A DNA stretch of 56,331 nt, filler included, from Blastocystis sp. subtype 4 (taxonomy: Eukaryota), in assembly GCF_000743755.1 (NCBI RefSeq). It is 2 parts of 2 records of this genome, joined end to end, with 100 filler letters (N's around TTAATTAATTAA, not from the genome) between each part and the next. Parts side by side here need not be neighbours in the genome. Positions count along the whole stretch, not along the records: positions 1 to 28,164 come from NW_014569415.1; 1 more part is not named here. One strand, written 5' to 3'. Numbering within the stretch: the first letter of the stretch is position 1; every line of letters starts with the position of its first letter. Below are positions 1 through 11,765 of the stretch, in pieces. A model generated the notes under the pieces. It had not been told where the DNA came from. It saw nothing but the letters and a program-made list of their open reading frames with translations, and made no database searches. Position numbers and translations under genes: made by a program.

Positions 1-322
1 CAATTATGGGTCTTGCTGGTTCCGAGCGAAACTCTTCCCATTAGGATCAGCCGAAGAAGTCGCCTTCAGAGCCATCAAGTTTACAGCTCATGAAGTGGCG
101 ATTGTTAGTAATGTGTACTATGATGCTATGGCAGCGTTCGCTTCCAGATATCAACAGAAACAATGTTGTAAGGAGGTACATCCGCTCCAGAATCGTACTG
201 GAATTAGGAATAGTAACTTTTCTTTCTCTTTCCGCCCCTACCAGATGATTTCGTATCCACAAACGCTACCTGTTGAAAAGAAGCTCAAGATCCTCTTTGG
301 AACGAGTCAGATTGAATCCTGA
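1..322 (+). CDS. 3' part of an unidentified gene (runs off the left edge)
   Basis: Frame open from the window start to TGA at 320-322, with a possible ~32-nt intron near 176-207. No recognisable motif. Confidence 0.35.
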   Translation, partial: NYGSCWFRAKLFPLGSAEEVAFRAIKFTAHEVAIVSNVYYDAMAAFASRYQQKQCCKEVHPLQNRTGIRNSNFSFSFRPYQMISYPQTLPVEKKLKILFGTSQIES

Positions 323-442
323 TTTGCATTGTGGGGTCATTCAGTATCTCTGCTTTGTGTAACAACATTGAACTTTTTTTCTAACTCTTTGGTTTTTGTA
401 TACTGTTTGAACGTACACCCAACTCTGTTCACTTCAATTCTA

Positions 443-1321
443 ATGGATAATCCAATTCATACACCGGCTACTTCGACAGGACGTCTCTTCAAAACAGATA
501 GTGGACGAAGTCGTTCAATGTCCGAAGACCGCATCAAGTTTGTTGAAGAGGAATATGACGTTTTCCCTATTCTCAGAGATAATGTATAGTTTCTGAGCAG
601 AGAAATAGCGGCTTGGCTATCTGGTTTAGTGGGAGAGGAAGTGGATGCCAATCTTGTTGATTCACTACGAGATGGAACTGTATAAGTTTGGAGAATGGTG
701 TTACTAAGATCCTATGTCGAGTTGTACGAGATTGTCTTCCAAATGTCACTCTTCGCAAGTTCCACGAGAATGCTGGTATTTGATACAAATGTCTGTGTAA
801 GGAATAGAGAAAACGTCTTTCTATGCTAAAGACAATGTTGCCATTTTTGCTCAGGCATGTCAAGAAATGGGGATCAACAAGAACGACTGTATGAGTGCTT
901 CAATGTTTGAGAATGGGGATGTACTTCTCTAGGTAGGGGATAACAAGTAGAGAAAACAAGTTGTAAATGCTATACTCCGCTTTGCTATTGTGGGTATCAA
1001 GTATGGTTTGAAACCCATTTCGGTGATTCATTCAGAACGACTGAAAGATTGTTACTTGCTATCATATATACTCATTTCTAGTCATTGAAGCTATGCCTGA
1101 AGAGGTAGTTCCTGATATGCAGTCTCTCGTTGAAAAAGAAATCAAAGAAGAGCAGAAACAACAGATTAAAGAACACGTCTGGGGTTGATTTTGGATGGTA
1201 GTTTTCATACTAGATTGGCATGATGATTTGGTGATGATCATCCTTCTTCTCATTATCTTCGTCACTCTAGGTGGAATGATCTGGATTTCCTACAAACTAA
1301 TCTCAAATGATGAACGTTTTT
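443..1321 (+). CDS. Calponin-homology (CH) domain protein with C-terminal transmembrane segment; stop probably made by polyadenylation
   Basis: Spliced translation gives EIAAWLSGLVGEEVDANLVDSLRDGT-ILCRVV...AKDNVAIFAQACQEMGI...QVVNAILRFA (CH signature), then the TM segment LVMIILLLIIFVTLGGMIWI. In-frame T at 1321 lies 4 nt before TGTTTCTT (1326). Confidence 0.7.
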
Positions 1322-1325
1322 CTCG

Positions 1326-1340
1326 TGTTTCTTACAAACA
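1326..1340. terminator. Back-to-back 3'-end elements, CH protein / SF3A3
   Basis: TGTTTCTTACAAACA. Confidence 0.7.
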
Positions 1341-1342
1341 CT

Positions 1343-3105
1343 TCAAATCAGACCCTGTCTCACTAGATCATTGTACATCTTCTTCGACAACACATTTCCA
1401 TCTGCATCTTCAAACTCTTCTTCATCTAAGGACCAATCCTCACTCTTCAGCTGATCCTTAATCTTTGCATACACTATAGTTCAATCAATCTACTCTCACT
1501 TACAATTCTTTGCATCTTCAATCTTGGTGATATCATGGAAATGCTTCGTATTGGGAATTCCTAAGCAGCGCATTCCATTGTGATGTCTCCATTCCTGGAA
1601 ATGATTATCAAACGCACGTCGACCCCAATAACTGTAGTTTCCACATATTTCACACTTATACTCTTCATCCAATCCGTACAACTTGTAAAGCCAATAAGGA
1701 ATTGGTTTACCATCCCATCCCAAAGGCAAATTCAATGGATTGTAGATGGGCTTCTCGCCTTCTTCATCCTCACTTGATGACGACTCAGATTCAACTGCGC
1801 CTGCTTCAATATCCATCTCATCCTTCACACGTTCGTCATATGATTGGATTGCCTTCTTCTCATTGAAAGCCAGTGTCGTATCCAGAATGTCTCGCATCTC
1901 ATGACACAACTGAGTGATCAAATATTCTCGCTCTATTGTGGGTCGTAACATTTCCATAGAAGCATTCTGTTTCTTCTTTCCTCCTTTCAGCAAATTCAAA
2001 GGTATCTCTGTTGTTTTGGTATTGAGAATTGTGAATAAGCGCTCTGCTCTCTGGTGTAACGATCCTCTTTAATTAATGCTCATCATTATGACGTACCCGC
2101 ACTTCGCTCCCATGCTCTGGAGAATCTCCTTCAATTTCTCCATACCCATCTTCTCGATGGATTCAATGGATGAGAAGTCAGGTATTTCTGTAACCTCTTG
2201 TTGTGTTCTGTCATCATCATCATCAATATCATTGATATTCTCAGCCTGCGCTTTCTTCCTGGCCGCTATTTCCGCCTCCGCCTTCTTCTTGGCTTCCTCA
2301 ATCTCATTCTCTACCGTCTGACGAAGACTCCAGCCTTCGATATTACCACTCTCCCACTTCTTTTCGAATTCATCACGAATCTCCTGGATCAAACCATCGA
2401 CATCGAATAGTGGTTGCGAACGGTGATAAAAAGAAGTGAGATAATCCAAAAGAGAAGTTAAGTAATCTGAATACGCCTATAATTAAGACTATCAATCACA
2501 TCTACAGAAGTCATCTTTGTATCCATCCCGATGTCCTTGAAATTGTAGAATGAACCCAAATAGGTAATATAATCAACACGGTAGATGTGAGGTAGATTGA
2601 CATACTTCTCGTACTCTTCATGCAAGTCTACGTATTTGCCATAGTATTCTTCTCCAGTAAATACATCTTCGATGTTGGCAGGCTCGATCGTGATCTATCT
2701 ATCACAACCAACAACCTATTCTTACTGGTTTTTCCACCAAATCCGGGAACTTCTTATGGTATGTCTGAATCTCCTCTAATCGGGCATAAAACGATTTGAA
2801 TACGTCGCCTTTGGACATGGAGTCGATTTCAGCTTCGCGAGCTCTACAGAGTCATTAAAAACTGCTATCAAATCACTTCTTATCGGCATAAAGAGTCAAC
2901 GCCTCACCAGCATCCTTTTGAATAGCATCGAGGAATTTGTTTATGTCATGTTGCTGCTGCATCTTTGAACGCTGCTAGGACTCAAAGGCTCCACTTTGAC
3001 ACTCACTGTCTTAGGTTGGACATCGAGTTCAGCTTCAATGGCCTTTTCATACTTCTCAATGTCCTCCTGAAGAAATCGAGTCTTCTCTAAAATTGTAGAC
3101 GACAT
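1343..3105 (-). CDS. SF3A3: Splicing factor 3A subunit 3 (Prp9/SF3a60)
   Basis: Start [45 protein letters not shown]; zinc finger [24 protein letters not shown]; last exon [28 protein letters not shown]. Confidence 0.95.
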
Positions 3106-3240
3106 GCTGATACAAATCTGATTCCTCTTCAAGGATCCTTCCTTCCAGGAATTCTTATTACTACACTCTCTCAGATCTTTGTATCACGAATCCTAAGGTC
3201 AATTCGAAACCAACAAACAGAAGAGAGTAAAAGATACATT

Positions 3241-3594
3241 TCATTGATTTCTATATTCTTTTCGATACTTCTTTGCCATTCTGCGATTATGAATATCAAT
3301 ATTCGATCGGGTCCAAGCGGAACCAATTCCACATCCTAATCCCAATGCCATCGAAGCAGCTCGATATGTAGGTTTCCCTACAAATCAAATCAAATCTGTA
3401 CTCGCACCCATCAGCACAAATGCGCAGGCCGCACCCACAGCAAGTCCCGTTACAGAATATATACAGAATCGACGACCATATTCAATCCAGGCTTGTTTGG
3501 AGAAAGGATCGATGTCTGTGCTTCCATTAACAATAGTTACCTGTCTCTTTTCCTCTAGTTTGTCAACAGATATCGTTCAAATGATACCACTCAT
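3241..3594 (-). CDS. MIC10: MICOS complex subunit Mic10 (about 96 aa, two introns)
   Basis: Splicing two ~30-nt GT-AG introns gives MSEEKRQ...KQAWIEYGRRFCIYSVTGLAVGAACAFVLMGKPTYRAASMALGLGCGIGSAWTRS...RNQ*: two Gly-rich TM helices, a basic linker and GxGxGxG. Not in the ORF track. Confidence 0.8.
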
Positions 3595-3693
3595 CAAAGC
3601 AAAAAAGGGAAGGAGAAATCTGAGATTCGATTTCGCTAAGATCGCGAAATGTGAATGGAATTGGGAGTTTGTTTGAAATCAACAAAGACTCTA

Positions 3694-3806
3694 CATCACC
3701 ATGATGGATCAGCTATCATTAATAGTTGAGTGTGTTCATTTTAATAACTTAGTCACTCTTAAATGGTGATGATTTTGAATGAAACGCTGTTCTAGTATTG
3801 AGAACA
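3694..3806 (+). ncRNA. Candidate structured small RNA with an Sm-like site (unassigned)
   Basis: 9-bp stem CATCACCAT/ATGGTGATG encloses two hairpins, followed directly by ATTTTG and a 3' hairpin TGTTCT/AGAACA. Intergenic. Confidence 0.25.
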
Positions 3807-3844
3807 CCAATCCCTCAAATAGTGAACTGTTGAATTGTGAGTAA

Positions 3845-3917
3845 GCGGTTTTGGCTCAGTTGGAAGAGCGTGGGTCTCATAATCCCAAGGTCGTGAGTTC
3901 GATCCTCACAAACCGCA
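3845..3917 (+). tRNA. tRNA-Met (CAT), elongator type
   Basis: Acceptor GCGGTTT/AAACCGC, D arm GCTC..GAGC, anticodon arm TGGGT-CTCATAA-TCCCA (U31:U39 pair typical of elongator Met), GTTCGA T loop, downstream T-run terminator. Confidence 0.95.
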
Positions 3918-4299
3918 TTTTTGTTTTTTATTCCAATACACTTACATCTACTGTTTAGAGACATTCAATCAGTATTAACATCATTTTTACCGAAATCCAT
4001 CAAACGGTAGATCACGGTTTTTTTCCACTTTGCCCAACCATTTTGTATGGAAGTATTTGGACTCTAATCATCGTTTCTGTGAAGATATTCAAAGGAACCA
4101 AGTGTCCAAGTGATTAATACTTCTTTTTTGGGATTGTAACCTGAAGTTAAAGACAATCTAGGGCGTATTTGTCACTTGCCACTTGTTGATCTCAATTATT
4201 AATTCCTGGTTGGTATTTGTGTATCTCGAAGGTGATAATCAGATCCATTACAGAATTTAGCATTTTACTGTAGTAATTGGTATTTGTCCTTGAATAGCA

Positions 4300-7200
4300 A
4301 TGCCATCTTTAAATATTATATCAAAACCTTCTAATAGAGACAAAGAACGGATATGCGCGTTTGGATTCCTATTTTCGTTCTCATTTGTAGTGTTTGTGGT
4401 ATAGGCGAGAATGAATATGATACATTATTACAATGCTCTACATGTGGATTGTGTGTTCACATGGCGTGTTATGGAGTGATTAAGCCGTCTACTCCATGGT
4501 ATTGTTACCCATGTTCACGAAATATCGTATATCCTAAATGTAAAGCATGTCAATCAGTTTGAATTAGATATTTATATCATTTGTAGAGTTCATCTGGTGC
4601 ATTCACGCCGTTAAAGAATGGTGAATGGGCTCACACTCTATGTTTAATGTTAGCTCCAGAGTGTGGCTTTTCTGTTAACTTTTCCTATGAGGATGTTAAT
4701 GGTCTTCCTGATTTTCGTGCTGCTGGCTTCAATCCAGGGTTTTGGCCTCACGATCAGACACCAACACTTCCTCCTTATGGTATACCATTTCTTGTTTCAT
4801 GACGTCTAGATCAAATCTCCTTAAACATGTATGAGTTGATTCTCACTTCGTATTATGGGAGGAGTTCTTCACTCTACTCTCGTGTTCCTGGTTGTGAGGG
4901 TTTTGCAACTATAAAGCACTATCAGCATGGTTTTACTTGTCAAGTCTGCCATCAACCTATTGTAGGTATGCCAATTCGATGCTAGTAATGAAAGAATGAT
5001 TGACTAAAATATAGTATCACGACATGTCCTTATGCAATTCATGTGGAGTGTCTGAAACAAAATTCAGGTGTTATGTTCTTTGCACCACAGTTGAATCGAC
5101 GAGGAATTGTCTTTAAAGTGTCATGTCTTCAGCACAGTCATAGTAGTGCTCAGATATCACTTCATTACTTCCCTCATGTTCCCCAAGTCAAACGATTACG
5201 TTCTCTGGTGTGTGGAGGTCGTTTGTCGGTATGTCGATTATTCGCGGATGCACAGATCTATCACCAGTGGAAACAGGGAGACCCTGAAATACCAGAACCT
5301 CAGTTCTCGACAGATCATTTGATGGAGTATAACGTAACTGAGTTTTTCAGTTATGTGAATAGTACAGCACCAATGATGCGGTATTGTGAGAAAGTATTGA
5401 TTGACTATGAAAAGGACTCAAATATGAACTATTTGGATTGTGTGAAGAAAGTTACGGAGAAAATCCCATCATTATATCGTGATCTAGAGCCTCGATCCAG
5501 AGATAACAGTCGTCGAAGTAGTGTATTGCATGTCACGGAGAATATCTATGCAAAGACTCTGGCTATCGACATTTCGGGTATCAAACGAAGACGTCGTGTT
5601 CAGCATATCAGTAGATCATCAATGCCTACACGGAAAACAGCAGCAACAGAACGCGAAGAATCTTCAACCAGTCATCATAGTAATCAGATCCAAAACTTAA
5701 CAAGTGAACGGTTCTGGAGGATCGTTGACCAACTGTATTATAAGTCTGTTCCGAAAGTCGCTGACTGTCTCCCTGCTCGGATCTCAGAATCATCTTTTCC
5801 ACCTCCTGTGAATCTGAAATCTTCAAGTCTTCCTCTATTTCGTTATGAAGCTCCTCCACGTCCTATGCCTTCTCTTACACTAAAAGATCCAGATCGACTG
5901 GCTTATAGGGACATTCGGTAATCGACATCCCCTTACGATCATTTGTAGGGTCCTGATGGTAGCTAGTCGACTAGCTGATGTGATATTTCGGGTTGAGGAG
6001 TATACATCAACTGTTGTCCTAATTACTAGAATTCCTTCCAGAGTCACGCCTTCTTTAGCTTCAACTTCACATATTCCAGTCCCTCTGAATCCAGCGTGGA
6101 CCAGTATATGTATCCTTCTCTGCTAATCTGTAGAAGGCATTCACAATCAAAAGCGATTTCGTTCCGTTGATCATAAGATCCAACGAGAAGAACTTGGGTA
6201 TCACCAACTATCTCCCAATATCCGTGTTTCCATTCGACAGATTCGGATTCTTCCTCATGAAGCAGCCCGTTTGGATAACAATATGTTCCCTATCCACTTT
6301 GAATTGGTTCGACTTAGTGTACGTTTGTTATCATTATATCACACTCAGAATCAAAGTATTCGACTCTTGAAAGAACCTCGTCGTTTGTTAGCAAAAGTGG
6401 AACAACGAATGGAGGCATATCCACTTCAACGTCTTCTTAGCAACATACCTGATCTCATGAACATCTTCTATGATTTTGATTGCTGGACACAAATTCGTCA
6501 TAATCTGGATGTAACTTACAATCAAGCCCATCTCACTCTTCGAATGATTCTTCTTGTTTTAATTCTTCTCTCTTGTTAGCTGTAGGATTCACTCCAGATT
6601 CTTCGTTCACATCGAAAGAGACGAAATTCACTATTTCCTATGGATGCCGATTTCTGTCTGATTTGTGGCAACTTTTCAGAGGATCGAGATGATGAGAATT
6701 TTATCATTGGAATCAATCCTATAATATATTGCTCTCAATGTCACATCGGTGTTCATATGAAGTGTGTGGGTCTCCATGAAGTCCCTGAAGTGTTTGTCTG
6801 TGATAAGTGTAGGTATTTGAAGAAAGGAGGAGATCCTGCTCATCTCACTTGTGCCTTCTGTCCTATTCGTTATGGTTATTTGTTCAGTTTGAGTTATAAT
6901 GTGAATGGTAAAATTCATGTTGCCAAACTCCATGAGATTCCTCGTTTTGCTCATCTGTTTTGTCTGTTGATGAACAAAGGAGGAAACGTGTTATCCTTTT
7001 CACCAATGCATTTGGCATTACCTTCATTCTATGTTTTGTATTCAGGATTGAGTATGTCTTCAACTGGTCGTAGTCTGACGAATTATCAAACATCAATCAC
7101 TCCTCCTCATGTGACAGGAAAGACAGGCGCAGTTACACGATCGATGCCGAATCGTGCTCCAGACCGTGAATTACGACCTATACGTTCATTTGAGTCACAG

Positions 7201-10200
7201 AAACTCCAACACTTCTTGAATTCTCTCAATCCTTCGTCAGCAATGTTCTCATCGACTGTTGAGTCAAATACAAACTTCAGCCTCTTTGCTTGTTGCGGGA
7301 TTCGAAAACATATCACTCAACCTATGGATGCGATCTCCAAGTTCTTCTCTTTCTATAGTTCTTCTTTGGAAGAAGCAGAGAATAATTACATTGTTCTGAA
7401 TCATTTGCAGACTCACGAACGTATTGATACCATGATAGACTGAATGAATAGGAATCTATCCTGTACAGAAGAATCGATCGACTGTAATGATGAATCAGCG
7501 AAGGGCAGTATCTCAGGATAACAAGATTGGTCAACTCTGTTACATCTGTAGACTACCGCAAGGACATACAGTATGTTGTGCTCATCCTGGCTGTACCAAT
7601 TCGATGCATCTTACCTGTCTCTGGTACATTGGAGGTGATTTCTCTTTGGATTTGTCAAATCATGAATATGTGAGTAATGGTTGCATGCCGTGTGTGAAGG
7701 CATTCTGTTTACAACATCAGAAGCGTGTGTCACGCGAGACACTTCAGATGCGTGTGGTGAGTCGTAATAAATATCGGATTCCCAATATTCTTCAAACACT
7801 TCCACCATCGATTCTCAATGAGATGTCAACTGAAGAAAACGAGTCACAGACTACTGAAGAGTTGACGGAAGAGAGAAGTGAAATATTTGAAAACGTGTCC
7901 AAAGACACATGTGTTTGTAGTGTATGTCATTATGGGCGAATGTGTCCTCCTCTATCTCATTGTCTTCGAGAAATGCCTATGACTTCACATCCCATCTATC
8001 AGAAGACTAGGTCCAAGAAGCCAATTGTAAGTATCCAGGTTCGAAATCTCAATATGCGAGGAGATGCTGTGATTATGGAATGGGAGAAGATCATTGAAGA
8101 GGTGTTGCAGAATTATTCGTTATGGAAAGAGAACGAAAAGAATCATAATCGGTTTTGTCTAGATAATCGGGGCTTTTTTTGGAAGTGTGTTTGTTGTGGG
8201 TGTTGTGTCCATAACCAGTGTTTGGATTTTGTAGATCACTGGTGTCTCTATCAGGATGCTAATTTCCACTGTTGTTTTGATTGATTGCTTTCACCTCTAG
8301 ACTTTATCTGTTTGCGTTGTCTGTTAGCAGATCCTCTAACTAACTATTCGCTTGTTTCTTTCTATGGATCTAGTAATGACGACTCTATTAATGTCATCAG
8401 CCGGCGGCCATGTTTGGATGCTGGTTGTTGTTCTATATGTGGACGCGCTGAAGGCTACTTGACCCGAGCTTCCAATGGGTCTTTTGTACATAAGTTGTGT
8501 GCTCAGGCGATTCAAGGAGTTTCTTACAATTCTACCAATTCGTATTGGATTACACCATCTCCACTGGCTCCTATGACTATGCCAACGCGACTGACTCTAG
8601 AAGAAGGGGTCACTGAAGACTTGCCTCATGAGACAGCCCCTTCGTCTCCCTCTCTGATTCGTACTCATATTGAATATGTCTTACCAACGACTCTACCTCC
8701 TCTCTCTGTTGGTATTTTATGCTCCATCTGTAGAACTCGGAAAGGTCGATTAGTGAGCTGTAGCTATGAGGGTTGTAATCGTTCTTTTCATCTTAGTTGC
8801 ATGCGTCCGAATCTGGCCATATGTATGCCAACCGAACAAGGTCTTTTTGTCCGCTGTGTTGATCACATTCCTACTTCCTTCCAGTATGATCCAGTTCTTC
8901 AAGCCATTGTACCTCTGCAGGATCTAAGTCTTCGTACAGTAGTTGATGAGAAGGTGGTATTACTACGTAAGCAGCGAGACAACTGGGGGCGTATGATGAC
9001 TGGACTCATTACTCTCGCTAAGGAGAACGAGATGCGAGTGCTTGGAATGATAAAGGAAGTGAAGCGATACTACAAACGTAAGATGAAGTATTGTATTGTT
9101 CGCAGTGAGCATGTTCTTCGCTGTGAGAAATCAATGTATGAACCATGGATCATGGAAGAATGGGGTACAGGTGTGTGTAAACCTGTAATGATTGGACTAA
9201 CAGAACGACTGATCAAACAGAATCAGGAGCGAACTATTCAAGTGATTCAAAGTCCTATGGTTAAGGATCCATCGAATGAACCGATTCCAGAACCTGTACA
9301 AAAGAAGTCTTCCCATGAACTTCATTCCAATCATCAACCAACTATCCCTTCACCCACAAAGCCATCTTTGCGATCCCCAGAACCTGTGAAAGTAGCACCA
9401 TTGACATCCGACCAGGTGATTACAGCCAAAGCTCCTATGAAGATAGAGAAACCAGTGTCCAATGATACTGTTGTGGAAGTTCCAAAAGAGAAGCCCAGTG
9501 AGCCAACACCTAAACATGTTGAAATTAAGCCAGTTACTAAACCGAATCCTCCTGAGGTTGTGAAACCTGTAAAGTCTCCACCGAAATCTAAGAAGCAAGT
9601 GAAGGACATTGTAGAGGATGAGGAGGAGGTATGGGAAGATAATTGGGATTCAACAGAGAGTAGTAGTGATTTCATTCCTGAAACTGTCGAGACTGACGAA
9701 TCCAGTACAGGTGAAACTGAGAAGTCTTCTTCGGTCGCGGAACCGTCTAAGAAAGAGATAAAAGGCGTGGTTTCGGTAAATAAGACTAGTAAAAAAGAAG
9801 AACCGAAGAAGATTCTCTCAACACATTTACGACGCAAAGAGTACGAACTTCAAGGCCGTCAAATGATTCGGCAACGAGAAGAAGAGCAGAACCTTAGACG
9901 ACAGCGTGCTGCAGAGCTGCGACGAGCTCGGGAAGAGAGACGTCTTCAGTTACGTGAGGAGCAAATTCTAATGAAGATTAATCAGAGAATTCAATTACTG
10001 TCAGAAACGAAGGAGTTGGAGATTGAAAAGGCTCCTGAGAAGACTGAACCGTCTCAGACTAAACCGTCTCAGCCAGAAGTGATCAAACCAGCGGAATCAC
10101 TTAAACGAACTGAATCACTTTCCGATATACCACCAGAGAAGCGAATAAGGAAGCAAAGTTTGTGGGAAGAAGCCAGAGCCGCTTACTTGAACGAAGAAGA

Positions 10201-11514
10201 TGTCACTGAGAAGGAACTACCTCTGACGGCACAAGAGGAAAACACATACTGGAATAGCAAATACATCCAAGAGTCTCGTTTTATTCTGCGGAGTGATCCG
10301 AGAAATCAATCATCAATTGTATATGCAGTAGAGATTCGAATAGAATGTAATTGTAGGAGCGTTTCTTCCGAGATGCATTGAGTCAGCGGAGTCGCAGTAT
10401 GGAAGAACGAAGTACGGAGTGGATGCCAGATCCGTCGAGACTTCTCAGCCACCGTATCTTTTTGACATTATGTGTGGTCAGAGAAGAATGAGTGAATGAT
10501 TGAATAGAAAGAAAACTTGTCACTTTTGTGTGCTCTTGGTGAGGTTCATTCCCTTGCATGTAGTTGAGAGGTGTAGGGTTGATTCATAGCAAAGATAAGT
10601 ATTCGTGAGAAGAACCAGAAACTTCAATTGTTGCTTAAACACTGTACAAGTCAGGTGAAGGATCCAGATGCAATTCTATTGATGAAAGGAACAAGGCCAT
10701 TGAAGGATCTGAAGTCCATTCATGACTTCTATGTCCAACAACTGCCTGGAATCACGATTATGAATCTTGCAGAATCAATCCAGTCTGGAATGAGTACGGA
10801 TCGTCTTAGAATGAGTCGATGTATGGTCTGTAAGAAGTCTAAGCATTCACCAAGTATTCATACAGTACAGCTAATAGATTTGGTTTAGTTTAGCTTCCCA
10901 ACCTGGGTTTTATCTGTAATTACTGTCTGGATAACAAACCATGGTGTTGTGTTGGAACCTACATTCAACTGTTTTTGGTGGGTACATCTCTACTGATTAA
11001 TAACTAGAATGGTCAGTGGATTCTAGCTGTTGTGGTGGGGTGGGATGAGAAGACACGGAAGCATTGGCTGATTAATTCAGAGTTGCAATTTCTCTCTGTT
11101 TTTATCGGTGATGTGTATCATTTCTATCGAACAAAGGATGACGTGTGGATAGAAGTAGGTTATGAGAAATGGATGTCATGAAGATGGCGAGAGAGAGACC
11201 AAAAGTCATTTCGTTGATAGAGAGGGATACGTTAGTTATTATGACTGCCTCAGAAGATGGAGAAGATGAACTATCACTGGTTCCTCCTGGATATTATAAA
11301 AGGAATCCTATCTGTCATGTAACCATGAAAGAAGAGAAATGACATCTAGATCTGTGATGAGACAGATAAAAATAGCTCTGTTATTTGCAATAACTGCAAT
11401 TATAGGTATCATTTGAAGTGTCTTAATATCTCGCTACCGAAGGTAGAAATTGAGGGTACATGTTATCTCTAGGGTCGCTGGTATTGTCCCGAGTGTGAAA
11501 AGAGATGTAAATAA
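4300..11514 (+). CDS. Large multi-PHD/extended-PHD (PZP-like) chromatin reader protein, multi-exon
   Basis: Repeated C4HC3 modules (CAVC..QCSTCGLCVHMACYG; CLICG..CSQCHIGVHMKC; CSICGRAEG..VHKLC; CSIC..CSYEGCNRSFHLSC), a Pro/Glu/Lys-rich linker and a final PHD (ICNNCNYRYHLKC..WYCPEC). May be more than one gene. Confidence 0.75.
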
Positions 11515-11765
11515 TCATATGTCCTTATAGTGTTTATTTGTTGATAGAATGTCTGACTCACTAATCCCATTATTCCTGATATCCTCAGTCAAGAAACAGA
11601 TTAAACTTGGCTTGCTAAAAACACATAGAACAGAAATGCCCCAATTCTAAAAGGCCCCTAATTCGTATCAGGAAAGTGTAGGAAACTGTTTGTTTGTCAT
11701 TTATAATGCGCAATTGCGGAGTGTTTTAGGGACATTCAAATACAACTCTCATTTTTCATTTGATT

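Noticed and set aside
1322..1461. Apparent long antisense CDS overlaps (also 13707-13792 and 43129-43223)
   Set aside because: Better explained as ORF read-through past poly(A)-made stops.
3293..3676. Open plus-strand frame of about 125 codons
   Set aside because: Antisense shadow of the Mic10 gene; no early ATG.
3694..3771. Three-way junction as a hammerhead ribozyme, U3 or C/D snoRNA
   Set aside because: Lacks the CTGATGA/GAAA core, convincing U3 boxes and a terminal CTGA D box.
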